From Archangium sp. (GTDB lineage: Bacteria; Myxococcota; Myxococcia; Myxococcales; Myxococcaceae): DNA of 19,245 bases. A program made the translations under genes and the position numbers. Under the pieces are notes generated by a model. The model was not told the DNA's origin. It saw only the letters and a program-made list of their open reading frames with translations, and ran no database searches. The stretch is taken from the NCBI GenBank assembly GCA_031367385.1, contig JANLPS010000533.1, forward strand, positions 1 through 19,245, in the 5' to 3' direction. This document shows positions 7,156 through 15,563 of the stretch, piece after piece (the first letter of the stretch is position 1; each line of letters opens with the position of its first letter).

Positions 7156-8187
7156 ATGGTGTCTGACCCGTATGGCCTCAACCGCGTGGTGGGTGAGAAG
7201 GGCGTGCTGCCGCAGCGCGCGAAGGTGCTCGACCCGTCGCTGCCGCTGCGTGACGGAGAGCTGTTGATCGACGTCGAGAGCCTCAACATCGACGCCGCGT
7301 CGTTCAAGCAGCTCAAAGAGGCCGCTGGCGGTGATGGCGCGAAGATCATCGAGGCGATTCGCGGCATCGTTGCCCAACGCGGCAAGATGCAGAACCCGGT
7401 CACCGGCTCGGGGGGCATGTTGATCGGCCGCGTACGCGAGGTTTCATCATCGCACCCGGCCGCGGGCCAGGTGAAGCCGGGTGACCGAATCGCGACCCTG
7501 GTGAGCCTGACCCTGACGCCGCTGGTGTTGACCGAGGTGAAGGGCCTGAAGGCGGAGATCGACCGGGTCGACGTGGCCGGGCACGCGATTCTCTTCGCGT
7601 CGGGCATCTTCGCGAAGTTGCCCAACGACCTGGCCGACACACTGTCACTGGCGGCGCTCGATGTGGCGGGGGCTCCGGCGTTGGTGGCGAGGTACGTGAA
7701 GCCGGGCATGACGGTGGTGATGCTTGGGGCCGGCAAGAGTGGCGCGCTCTGCCTGGCCCAGGCGCGGGAGCTGATGAAGGGGCAGGGCAGGTTGATCGCG
7801 CTCGACATCTCGCCCAAGGCGCTCGACGCGTTGAAGGCGATCGGCCTGTGCGACGAGACGGTGGTGTGTGACGCGACGCAGGGGGTCGAGGTGATGGCCA
7901 AGGTGGCTGCCGTGACCGGGGGTGGCCTGGCCGACCTGGTGGTCAACGTGGCCTCGGTGCCGAACACCGAGATGGCGAGCATCTTGAGCGTGCGCAACGG
8001 TGGGTCGGTCATCTTTTTCTCGATGGCGACCAGCTTCACGGCGGCGGCGTTGGGCGCCGAGGGCGTCGGCAAGGACGTGACGATGATCGTCGGGAACGGC
8101 TACGTTCCTGGGCATGCCGAGCTGACGTTGGAGCTGCTGCGGCGCAATGAGAAACTGCGGGCCCTGTTTGCCGAGAGGTACGTGTGA
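7156..8187 (+). CDS. kdd: L-erythro-3,5-diaminohexanoate dehydrogenase
   Basis: Family motifs PYGLNRV...GVLPQRA, LLIDVESLNIDAASF, RGKMQNPVTGSGGMLIG, ATLVSLTLTPL, LDVAGAPA, GAGKSG, FFSMATSFTAAALGAEGVGKDV, GNGY. ATG 7156 follows GAGG at 7144-7147. The upstream GTG at 7120 lies inside the terminator. Confidence 0.9.
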   Translation: MVSDPYGLNRVVGEKGVLPQRAKVLDPSLPLRDGELLIDVESLNIDAASFKQLKEAAGGDGAKIIEAIRGIVAQRGKMQNPVTGSGGMLIGRVREVSSSHPAAGQVKPGDRIATLVSLTLTPLVLTEVKGLKAEIDRVDVAGHAILFASGIFAKLPNDLADTLSLAALDVAGAPALVARYVKPGMTVVMLGAGKSGALCLAQARELMKGQGRLIALDISPKALDALKAIGLCDETVVCDATQGVEVMAKVAAVTGGGLADLVVNVASVPNTEMASILSVRNGGSVIFFSMATSFTAAALGAEGVGKDVTMIVGNGYVPGHAELTLELLRRNEKLRALFAERYV

Positions 8188-8531
8188 CCTTCGCGACGTT
8201 GATGGTGCTGGCACTGACGCTCGACGGGGGCCAGAGCGGCGGCCTCGATCAGGAGCTGATCAAACGCGAGATTCGGACGCACCATGAGAAGACCTGGGCT
8301 TGCTACGAGCGGTACCTTGGGCCCGAATCGGTCACTGACTTTCGCGTGGCGTTGATCGTCTCGATTGGCCCCTCGGGCCGGGTCGAGTCGGCTGCGGCCA
8401 AGTCGTCGATTGCGCACCCCGACATCGAGTCGTGCCTGATCGCCGAGGCGAAGACCTGGCGCTTCCCCAAGTCGAAGAGCGGGGCGGCCAACGTGCGATA
8501 CCCATTCATCTTCAAGGCTGATGAAGACTGA
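8184..8531 (+). CDS. Small secreted stand-alone AgmX/PglI C-terminal (TonB-C-like) domain protein
   Basis: Short hydrophobic N-terminus, then GGLDQELI...ACYE...IESCL...WRFP...VRYPFIF, which aligns by eye with the GltG C-terminus in this window. GTGA overlap with the kdd stop. Confidence 0.8.
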   Translation: MTFATLMVLALTLDGGQSGGLDQELIKREIRTHHEKTWACYERYLGPESVTDFRVALIVSIGPSGRVESAAAKSSIAHPDIESCLIAEAKTWRFPKSKSGAANVRYPFIFKADED

Positions 8532-9981
8532 GCTCGGGCTCTCGCTCGCCGAGGCCCTGGCGCGCTTTCAAACGCATCGGAGTGCCCAGCTCACGAGGGT
8601 GATTACCGAGCTCGGCGCCGCCGCGGTCGAGGGGTTCGTCGAGCCGCACGCTCGAACCAACGTCGAATTTCACGGGGCCTGGGTCGGGTTCGCGCAGAAC
8701 GCCCAGACCCGCAGCTGGGCGCTCGAGCGGCTCATCACCAAGCTTTTTCCTCCAGACGACAAGGTGAAGTGCGTGGTGGCCCGCTTCGAGGTGCTCCAGG
8801 CGCTCGAGGCCGACCCGCGCATCGCCAAGGCGGTTCTCGATTTGTTCGAGCTCAAGTCGCCGGTCACGGGGTTTCGCATTGCGCACGAGGCGATGGCTCG
8901 GTTGATCGCCAAGCACGCTGACGACGAGACGGCGGAGGTGGTGAACGCGTCACCCGGTCTGCCCGAGGAGGTCAAGCGGCTGGCTCTGCCGGCGCCGGTC
9001 GCGCTGCCGGCGAAGTGGGCGTTGCCGAAGGCCTCAAAACCCGATGCCGACGGGGCTGCGCTGTGGGCCGCGGTGTACGCGAGGCTCGACGATGACGCTC
9101 CGAGAGCCGTGTTGGCCGACTGGCTTCAAGAGCGAAACGACCCGCGTGGCGAGCTCATCGCGCTGCAGCTGATCGAGCAGGGCGGCACGGCGAGCGAGCA
9201 GCAGGTCTCACGGGCTCAGGCGCTGACGACCCGATACGGCTCGAGCTGGCTGGGGGCGCTGCGGTCGGCGGTGCAGCGCGCGCAATTTCACAGGGGGTTC
9301 GTGCAGTCGATCGAGCTTGACGGCTCTTTCAGCCCCGACGACGCGACGAGCGACCCCCAGCTGGCGACGGTTGAAGTGCTCACCGGCAAGTCGAATGGCC
9401 ACATTGCCCAATTTCTGAAGAGCCCCGTGGTGCGCAGCGCCCTTCGAGAAATCGTCGTCGAAGACGATGCGGTCTGGGCCCAGGTGCCGTTCTGTACCGG
9501 CCTGACCGGGCTGCAGTGCACGAGCTGGTCACGGCATAGCGTCGAGGAGCGCTTCTTGAACCAGGTGCTGCCTTTTCTCGAGGGCACTCCGGCGATCACG
9601 CGGGTGGGCGCGAGACTCGACATGCTTCGCCAATTTTCGCCGGCGCTGAAGGGCCGAATCACGTCGTTTCGGGCGGTCGAGCCGCTGCAGAGTGCGCTGG
9701 CGGTGTGGCATGCATTGCCGAAGCTGACGCGGCTGACCGCGGGGCACTCAGGGCGCGTTGAGCTGCATCGGGCGGGGCGCCTGGAGCACGTGCGCATCAA
9801 CGGGCGCAGCGTGATGCTCGGGGTCGAAGAGGAGCTGGCGCTGGTGCCGAAGTCGATTTCGCGGGTCGAAGTGGTCGGCAACAAGGCGCTCACCAAGCGG
9901 TTGTCAAAGCAGCTGGGTGACCGTTTCGAGGTGGTTGACCGGCTGTCACCGTCGGGGTTGGTGACTGGGGTGAAGGGCTGA
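8521..9981 (+). CDS. TIGR02996 domain-containing protein
   Basis: Internal motif LWAAVYARLDDDAPRAVLADWLQERNDPRGELIALQL (~9061-9171), followed by WLGAL...FHRGFV, typical of TIGR02996 proteins. Start overlaps the upstream gene by 11 nt. Confidence 0.8.
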   Translation: MKTELGLSLAEALARFQTHRSAQLTRVITELGAAAVEGFVEPHARTNVEFHGAWVGFAQNAQTRSWALERLITKLFPPDDKVKCVVARFEVLQALEADPRIAKAVLDLFELKSPVTGFRIAHEAMARLIAKHADDETAEVVNASPGLPEEVKRLALPAPVALPAKWALPKASKPDADGAALWAAVYARLDDDAPRAVLADWLQERNDPRGELIALQLIEQGGTASEQQVSRAQALTTRYGSSWLGALRSAVQRAQFHRGFVQSIELDGSFSPDDATSDPQLATVEVLTGKSNGHIAQFLKSPVVRSALREIVVEDDAVWAQVPFCTGLTGLQCTSWSRHSVEERFLNQVLPFLEGTPAITRVGARLDMLRQFSPALKGRITSFRAVEPLQSALAVWHALPKLTRLTAGHSGRVELHRAGRLEHVRINGRSVMLGVEEELALVPKSISRVEVVGNKALTKRLSKQLGDRFEVVDRLSPSGLVTGVKG

Positions 9982-9988
9982 GTTGTTT

Positions 9989-10387
9989 CTAGATGGTGAA
10001 GCGATCAGTCACTCCGGCGGTGCGCTGCAAAATCGCGGTGAGGCCGATGAGCTGATCGACCTTCGGCTCGACCTGTGGCGGCGTCAGACCCAGCGACGCC
10101 ATCGAGCCCGTGCAGGCGAACAGCGTTGCCTGCCCTGAATCGCGCACGATGTTGAGCAGCTGCCGGAGCGTGGGCACGCCACGCAGCTCCATCGTCGCGT
10201 TGACTTCGTCGCGATCGAGGTCGGGCACGTCGAGCTTGTCGGCGACGAGGCGATCGAGCGCCCACCAGAAGAAATAGAGCTCGACCTTGCGACCCAAGGC
10301 GGCGGCCGCGGCGGCGATTGAAACACCTTGGTGCACGGCGTCGTACTCACCGCGATGCAGAAACAGACAGACCGGTTGCGGCGCCAT
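9989..10387 (-). CDS. DsrE/DsrF/DrsH-like family protein
   Basis: 132 aa. Pattern SIAAAAAALGRKVELYFFWWAL...PTLRQLL...LFACTGSM...GL with a conserved Cys, typical of DsrE-like proteins. Confidence 0.75.
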   Translation of the reverse strand: MAPQPVCLFLHRGEYDAVHQGVSIAAAAAALGRKVELYFFWWALDRLVADKLDVPDLDRDEVNATMELRGVPTLRQLLNIVRDSGQATLFACTGSMASLGLTPPQVEPKVDQLIGLTAILQRTAGVTDRFTI

Positions 10388-10586
10388 GGCGGCCCCTATA
10401 CCCGACGAAGCGCGCTAATCGCTCGCATGCACTGAACCGGGAGGTTCACGATGACCCCGGAGGCGTAATTCACGTCTGGTTTCAAGAGGTTGTATTGCCC
10501 CACCTGGGTCAAGAAACGCTCGTCAGTCAAATCGAATGAAACCCGCTGGAACCGTTGAGAACATGTCTGATACCTGGCCCCTCCCG

Positions 10587-11648
10587 ATGTCAGACGAAAT
10601 GACCGCTCGTCGCAAAGACGCGCACCTTGACCTCTGTGCGACAGAAGAAGTGGCGCCGGCCGAAAATTCGACGTTGTTCGAGAACGTTCGGCTCGTTCAC
10701 TGCGCGTTGCCTGAGCTGTCGTTCGACGAGCTCGACCTGTCGACCTCGATCTTCGGCAAGACGCTCAAGGCGCCGATTCTGATTACGGGCATGACCGGCG
10801 GCACCGAGCGCGCGGGGCAGATCAACCGAGACTTGGCCCAGGTGGCCGAAGAGTTCGGCGTCGCGTTCGGCGTCGGCAGCCAACGGGCGATGGCCGAGCG
10901 CCCCGAGCTGGGCAAGACCTTCGCGGTTCGCGCCCAGGCGCCGAGCACGGTGATCATCGGCAACATCGGCTTGGTGCAAGCCGTGAAGATGGGCGTCGAC
11001 CGCGCCCGGGCGTTGGCCGACGACCTCGGTGCAGACGCGCTCGCGGTGCACTTGAACCCGGGCCAAGAATTGACCCAACCCGAGGGCGATCGCGATTTTC
11101 GTGGCGGCTTCGAGGTGCTCGGCGCCCTTTCGAAGGCGCTGGGAGACCGCCTGCTGGTCAAAGAGACCGGCTGCGGCATTTCACCGGCCGTGGCGAGGCG
11201 TCTGGTCGACATCGGCGTTAGAAACATCGACGTGTCGGGTCTGGGCGGTACTTCATGGGTTCGGGTCGAAGAGCTCCGCGCCGAGGGGCCGGCCCGCGAA
11301 GTGGGGGCGCAGTTCTCGAGCTGGGGCATACCCACCGCCGCGGCGATCGCTTCGGTACGGCGGGTGACGGGCCCAGGCGTGAAGCTGATCGCTTCAGGGG
11401 GCATGCGCACCGGGCTCGACGTGGCGAAGGCGCTGACGCTGGGAGCAGATCTTGGCGGCATGGCGCTCCCGCTGTTTCGCGCGCACCAAACCGACGGCAT
11501 CGAGGGTGCTCGGCGGGCGCTGAAGGTCGTGGTGGCCGCACTGAAGCAAGCGATGTTGCTCACCGGCAGCCGTACCTGCGCCGAGCTGAAGACCAAGCCG
11601 CGCGTCGTGACTGGTGACTTGAAAGATTGGCTCAGCGCACTCGCGTGA
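10587..11648 (+). CDS. fni: Type 2 (FMN-dependent) isopentenyl-diphosphate delta-isomerase
   Basis: Motifs RRKDAHL, ITGMTGG, GVGSQRA, IGNIG, VHLNPGQELTQPEGD, VKETGCGIS, GLGGTSW, WGIPT, ASGGMRTGLD. Start placed at ATG 10587 (MSDEMTARRK); 10563 and 10599 are alternatives. Confidence 0.95.
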   Translation: MSDEMTARRKDAHLDLCATEEVAPAENSTLFENVRLVHCALPELSFDELDLSTSIFGKTLKAPILITGMTGGTERAGQINRDLAQVAEEFGVAFGVGSQRAMAERPELGKTFAVRAQAPSTVIIGNIGLVQAVKMGVDRARALADDLGADALAVHLNPGQELTQPEGDRDFRGGFEVLGALSKALGDRLLVKETGCGISPAVARRLVDIGVRNIDVSGLGGTSWVRVEELRAEGPAREVGAQFSSWGIPTAAAIASVRRVTGPGVKLIASGGMRTGLDVAKALTLGADLGGMALPLFRAHQTDGIEGARRALKVVVAALKQAMLLTGSRTCAELKTKPRVVTGDLKDWLSALA

Positions 11649-11682
11649 CGAGCAGTTGGTTCGAAGTGAGATGGAGAGGCAC

Positions 11683-13008
11683 ATGGCTGAAATGGTGACG
11701 TCGAGGTTGTCGGGTTTTCACAAGCTGCCAATGGCTGACCGGTTGAGCACGGTCTCGCGCATGTTCAAGCTCAGCATCGAAGAGACCAGCGCGATGAATG
11801 GCTTTGGCGGGTTGTCGAACGACACCGCCAACACGATGATCGAGAACGCGGTGGGGGTGTTCAAGCTGCCCCTCGGCTTGGGTCTCAACCTGCAGATCAA
11901 CGGGCGCGACTACGTGGTGCCAATGGCGGTCGAAGAGCCGTCGGTGATTGCCGCGGTCAGCTTCGCCGCCAAAATCGCCCGCGAGGGCGGAGGCTTCGTC
12001 GCCGAGGCCGACGACCCGATCATGATTGGCCAGGTGCAGGTCACCAACTTTGGCGACCCGACCGAGGCTGCGCAGAAGCTCACCGCTCACAAAGAGCAGC
12101 TGCTGGCGCTTGCGAACAGCTTTCACCCGTCGATGATCGTGCGGGGCGGCGGGGCGCGAGACATCGAAGTGCGGGTGCTCCCGGCTCCCGAGGGGCCGAA
12201 GGGTGAGCCGATTCTGGTGCTCCACCTGTTCATCGACACCCAAGACGCGATGGGCGCGAACCTGATCAACACGATGTGCGAAGGCGTCGCACCGTTGGTC
12301 GAGCAGATCACCGGCGGCAAGGTGTTCTTGCGCATCTTGTCGAACCTGGCCGACCGCCGGTTGGCGCGCGCGACCTGCCGCATACCGGTGCAGTCGTTGG
12401 CCGATTTCGACATGACCGGCGAGTCGATCGCCGAGGGCATCGTACAGGCGAGCCGCTTCGCCTCGGCCGACCCGTACCGCGCCGCGACCCACAACAAGGG
12501 CATCATGAATGGCGTCGACTCGGTGGCCATCGCCACCGGGCAAGACTGGCGCGCGATCGAAGCCGGGGCGCACGCCTTCGCCTGCCGCGACGGTCAGTAC
12601 CGCCCGCTGTCGACCTGGCGCCTCGAAGAGGGCCACTTGGTGGGCCGCATCGAGCTGCCACTGGCGTTGGGCATGGTCGGTGGGCCGATCAAGATTCACC
12701 CCCAGGTGCAGGCGGCGCTGAAGATCTTGCGCGTGACCTCGGCGCGCGAGCTGTCGCTGGTGATGGTCTCGGTCGGTTTGGCGCAGAACTTCGCCGCGGT
12801 TCGGGCGCTCGGTTCGGTGGGTATTCAAAAGGGCCACATGGCGCTGCACGCCCGCTGCGTCGCGGTCACTGCCGGTGCTCGCGGCCTGTGGGTCGAGAAG
12901 GTCGCCAACGCGTTGGTCACTGCAGGCCACGTGAAGGTCGAGAAAGCCAAGGAGCTGCTCGCGTCGATGATGCGCGAAGAAGCCCTCGCTGGGCAGCCAG
13001 TGCCGTAA
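11683..13008 (+). CDS. mvaA: Class II hydroxymethylglutaryl-CoA reductase
   Basis: Motifs SRLSGFHKL, MIENAVG, PMAVEEPSVIAA, DAMGAN, LRILSNL, RAATHNKGIMNG, DWRAIEAGAH, GIQKGHMALH. RBS GGAGAGG at 11673-11679 precedes ATG 11683. Confidence 0.95.
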   Translation: MAEMVTSRLSGFHKLPMADRLSTVSRMFKLSIEETSAMNGFGGLSNDTANTMIENAVGVFKLPLGLGLNLQINGRDYVVPMAVEEPSVIAAVSFAAKIAREGGGFVAEADDPIMIGQVQVTNFGDPTEAAQKLTAHKEQLLALANSFHPSMIVRGGGARDIEVRVLPAPEGPKGEPILVLHLFIDTQDAMGANLINTMCEGVAPLVEQITGGKVFLRILSNLADRRLARATCRIPVQSLADFDMTGESIAEGIVQASRFASADPYRAATHNKGIMNGVDSVAIATGQDWRAIEAGAHAFACRDGQYRPLSTWRLEEGHLVGRIELPLALGMVGGPIKIHPQVQAALKILRVTSARELSLVMVSVGLAQNFAAVRALGSVGIQKGHMALHARCVAVTAGARGLWVEKVANALVTAGHVKVEKAKELLASMMREEALAGQPVP

Positions 13009-13018
13009 GAAGCGACCA

Positions 13019-13930
13019 ATGGCGAATCAGATGACGGCTTTTGGGCCCGGCAAGGTGATCTTGTTGGGTGAGCATGGCGCGGTGTACGGGCAGCCAGCAT
13101 TGGCGGCTCCGATTTCGAGGGGCGTGCGCGCGTTCGCGGTGCCGGCCGAGTCGCTCGAGATCGACCTGCCGGAAGACCTGAGCGAGGCGCAGACCGAGGC
13201 GCTCGAGCGGGCTTTTTCTCGGGCGGCCAAGCTGACCGGTCACCCGAAGTTTTCGATCTCGTTCGAGAGTGACCTGCCGGTATCGATGGGGCTTGGCTCA
13301 TCGGGTGCGCTGAGCGTCGCGGTGACGCGGGTGCTGTTGCAGGCCAAGCACGGCGGCAAGGTGCCCGACGCCAAGCTGGTCGAGAAGATCGCGTTCGCGC
13401 TCGAGAAAGAATTTCACGGCACGCCGTCAGGTGTCGACCACACCACCAGCGCCCGCGGCACGATGGTGCTCTACACCAAGGGCGTGGTCAAAGAGGTGAA
13501 GGCCCGCAGGCCGGTGAAGGTGTTGATCGCGATGGTCGGTGCGCGCACGGCGACCAAGGTGACGGTGGGTGCGTTGCGAGAACGCCAGGCCCGTTGGGCG
13601 TCGCGGTACCGCAGGGTCTTCGAAGACATCGGGCAGCTCGCGCGCGAGGGGGCCGTGGCTGCGGCGAAGGGCGACCTCGAGCTGCTGGGCGACCTGATGA
13701 ACATGAATCAGGGCTTCTTGAACGGCCTCGGCCTGTCGAGCGAGCGGCTCGAGGCGATGGTCTACAAGCTGCGCGCGGCGGGAGCGCTGGGGGCCAAGCT
13801 CACAGGGGCTGGCGGAGACGGCGGCGCGGTGATTGCGCTGTTCAAGGAACCGGAGCCTCTCGTGAAGCGGTTGCGCGAAGAAGGCATCGACTGTTTCGCG
13901 AGCCAATTGGCTGGGCCGGCAGCGCTGTAG
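13019..13930 (+). CDS. mvk: Mevalonate kinase
   Basis: GHMP motifs PGKVILLGEHGAVYG, PVSMGLGSSGA, HGTPSGVD, GAKLTGAGGDGG. Operon context. Confidence 0.92.
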   Translation: MANQMTAFGPGKVILLGEHGAVYGQPALAAPISRGVRAFAVPAESLEIDLPEDLSEAQTEALERAFSRAAKLTGHPKFSISFESDLPVSMGLGSSGALSVAVTRVLLQAKHGGKVPDAKLVEKIAFALEKEFHGTPSGVDHTTSARGTMVLYTKGVVKEVKARRPVKVLIAMVGARTATKVTVGALRERQARWASRYRRVFEDIGQLAREGAVAAAKGDLELLGDLMNMNQGFLNGLGLSSERLEAMVYKLRAAGALGAKLTGAGGDGGAVIALFKEPEPLVKRLREEGIDCFASQLAGPAAL

Positions 13931-14008
13931 TCGAGGGTCAATCGCAGGGCGGTCTCTCGCGACCCGAGGCTGGTGCGCCCTCGGCCGCGAAAAGCGTTGG
14001 AGTCAACG

Positions 14009-14017
14009 TGCTACCCT
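14009..14017 (+). promoter_or_regulatory. Possible extended -10 element for a leaderless transcript
   Basis: TG-c-TACCCT ends 7 nt before ATG 14025. No Shine-Dalgarno sequence is visible. Confidence 0.35.
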
Positions 14018-14024
14018 GCCCCCG

Positions 14025-14471
14025 ATGCGAGGCCCCATTCTTCTTTCGGTGATGCTGCTCGCGGCCCCCGCGAGTGCGTCGCTGAGCATCGGCTTCGACG
14101 TCGGGGCCGGGTACTGGGGCGCTCCCACGGGTGACACGTTTCCCGGCTATGCGCAGTTCGACGCGCACCTGTCGGTTCGAAACGTCTTCAACAAGCTCAT
14201 CTCGCTGGGGGTACGGCCGGGTTTCATGGTGAACGTGGCGCCCGGCATCTCGTACGGGGTGCCGGTTGACCTGCAGTTTCGGGTGCGGTTTCTCGTCTTG
14301 TACGCCGAGGCGCTGGGAGGTGTGGCGTACCTGATTCGCGACCCTCAGCCCTGGCGGCCACACGGAGCGCTTGGCGTGGGCCTGGTGGTGTTGGGTCTAA
14401 CCCTGGGCCTCGAGGCCGGCTACCTGATGAACGGTTTTCACGGCGGGTTGCGCATCGGCTTCAGCATTTAG
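14025..14471 (+). CDS. Hypothetical small outer-membrane beta-barrel protein
   Basis: Signal peptide ending PASA. Repeated Gly/aromatic amphipathic strands (IGFDVGAGYW, LYAEALGGVAY, LTLGLEAGY, GGLRIGFSI). Fills the mvk-mvaD gap on the operon strand. Confidence 0.65.
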   Translation: MRGPILLSVMLLAAPASASLSIGFDVGAGYWGAPTGDTFPGYAQFDAHLSVRNVFNKLISLGVRPGFMVNVAPGISYGVPVDLQFRVRFLVLYAEALGGVAYLIRDPQPWRPHGALGVGLVVLGLTLGLEAGYLMNGFHGGLRIGFSI

Positions 14472-14495
14472 CGCGAATGTGATGAAAGCCGCCGC

Positions 14496-15491
14496 ATGGA
14501 GAAAGCCACTGCGGTCGCGCACCCCAACATTGCGCTGGTGAAGTACTGGGGCAAACGCGACGAGCGACTGATTTTGCCGCACCAATCGAGCCTCTCGGCG
14601 ACTCTGGGCCCGCTGGCGGTCACCACCACCGTCGAGTTTCTGGGTCGCGGCGTGAAGAAAGACGAGGTCGAGCTCAACGGGCGCATCGCCGAGGGCACCG
14701 AGCGGCAGCGAGTGGTGGAGGTGCTCAAGCTGATACGCGCCAGCTCGAAGACGTTGGGCGGCGCTCGGGTGGTCTCGCGAGGCGATTTTCCGGCATCAGC
14801 GGGGTTGGCGTCGAGCGCGGCTGGCTTCGCGGCCTTGGCGGTGGCAGGGCGGGCAGCGGCCGGGCAGAAGCGCGACACCCGTGCGGAGTCGATCTTGGCC
14901 CGGCAGGGCAGTGGGTCGGCCTGCCGCAGCATCGAAGGTGGCTTCGTTCGGTGGAACCGCGGTCGTCGCGCTGATGGCAAAGACAGCTTCGCCGAGCAGC
15001 TGTTCGATGAATCGCACTGGCCAGACCTTCGCCTGCTGGTGGGCATGATCAGCCGCGAAGAAAAAGAAGTGAAGTCGCGTGACGGCATGCGCTCGACGGT
15101 CGAGAGCTCGCCGTACTACCCGGCGTGGGCGAAAGACGCCGAGCGCGAATGCAAGGCGATTGTCGCGGCGATCAAGCGGCGAGATCTCGAGGTGGTGGGC
15201 GAGACCGCCGAGCGAAACGCGTGGCGCATGCATGCCAGCGCGCTGGGCGCGAACCCGCCGCTCTGTTACCTGAAGCCCGAGACCTTGAGCGTGATTCAGG
15301 CCCTGCGTGATGAGCGCAAGCGCGGGGTCGGCATCTGGTTCACGCTCGATGCTGGGCCAAACCCGGTGTTGCTGACGACGCGAGCTGATGAGGCGCGAGC
15401 GGTCGAGGTGGTGCAGGCCTTTGGAGCGAAAGACGTGGTTCGCTGTCAGCCCGGGGGAGACGCACAGGTGACCTCCGAGCACCTTTTTTAG
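14496..15491 (+). CDS. mvaD: Diphosphomevalonate decarboxylase
   Basis: Motifs HPNIALVKYWGK, FPASAGLASSAAGFAAL, GSGSACRS, KSRDGM, FTLDAGPN. Confidence 0.93.
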   Translation: MEKATAVAHPNIALVKYWGKRDERLILPHQSSLSATLGPLAVTTTVEFLGRGVKKDEVELNGRIAEGTERQRVVEVLKLIRASSKTLGGARVVSRGDFPASAGLASSAAGFAALAVAGRAAAGQKRDTRAESILARQGSGSACRSIEGGFVRWNRGRRADGKDSFAEQLFDESHWPDLRLLVGMISREEKEVKSRDGMRSTVESSPYYPAWAKDAERECKAIVAAIKRRDLEVVGETAERNAWRMHASALGANPPLCYLKPETLSVIQALRDERKRGVGIWFTLDAGPNPVLLTTRADEARAVEVVQAFGAKDVVRCQPGGDAQVTSEHLF

Positions 15492-15507
15492 CGAGGCACG
15501 CTCGTGA

Positions 15508-15563
15508 TGTAACAACTGTGGTTACAAAGATGTCCCGACAGTCGGTACATCCTTGTCCCAACG
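15508..15563. repeat. Degenerate 23-bp-period array of palindromic TGT-N13-ACA sites
   Basis: TGTAACAACTGTGGTTACA (15508-15526), TGTCCCGACAGTCGGTACA (15531-15549) and a partial TGTCCCAAC starting at 15554. Confidence 0.5.

Noticed and set aside
5087..8072. Minus-strand ORFs of 333 aa and 310 aa opposite gltG and kdd
   Set aside because: Shadow frames of well-supported genes, with no domain signal.
10536..11682. ORF-track starts at 10536 and 11656 (also 38, 4080, 7120, 19128)
   Set aside because: RBS position and family N-termini favour 10587, 11683, 4107 and 7156. The starts at 38 and 19128 are internal codons of frames that run off the window.
10697..12930. Long minus-strand ORFs (344 aa and 432 aa) opposite fni and mvaA
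   Set aside because: Antisense to genes with complete catalytic motifs, and their composition is typical of shadow frames.
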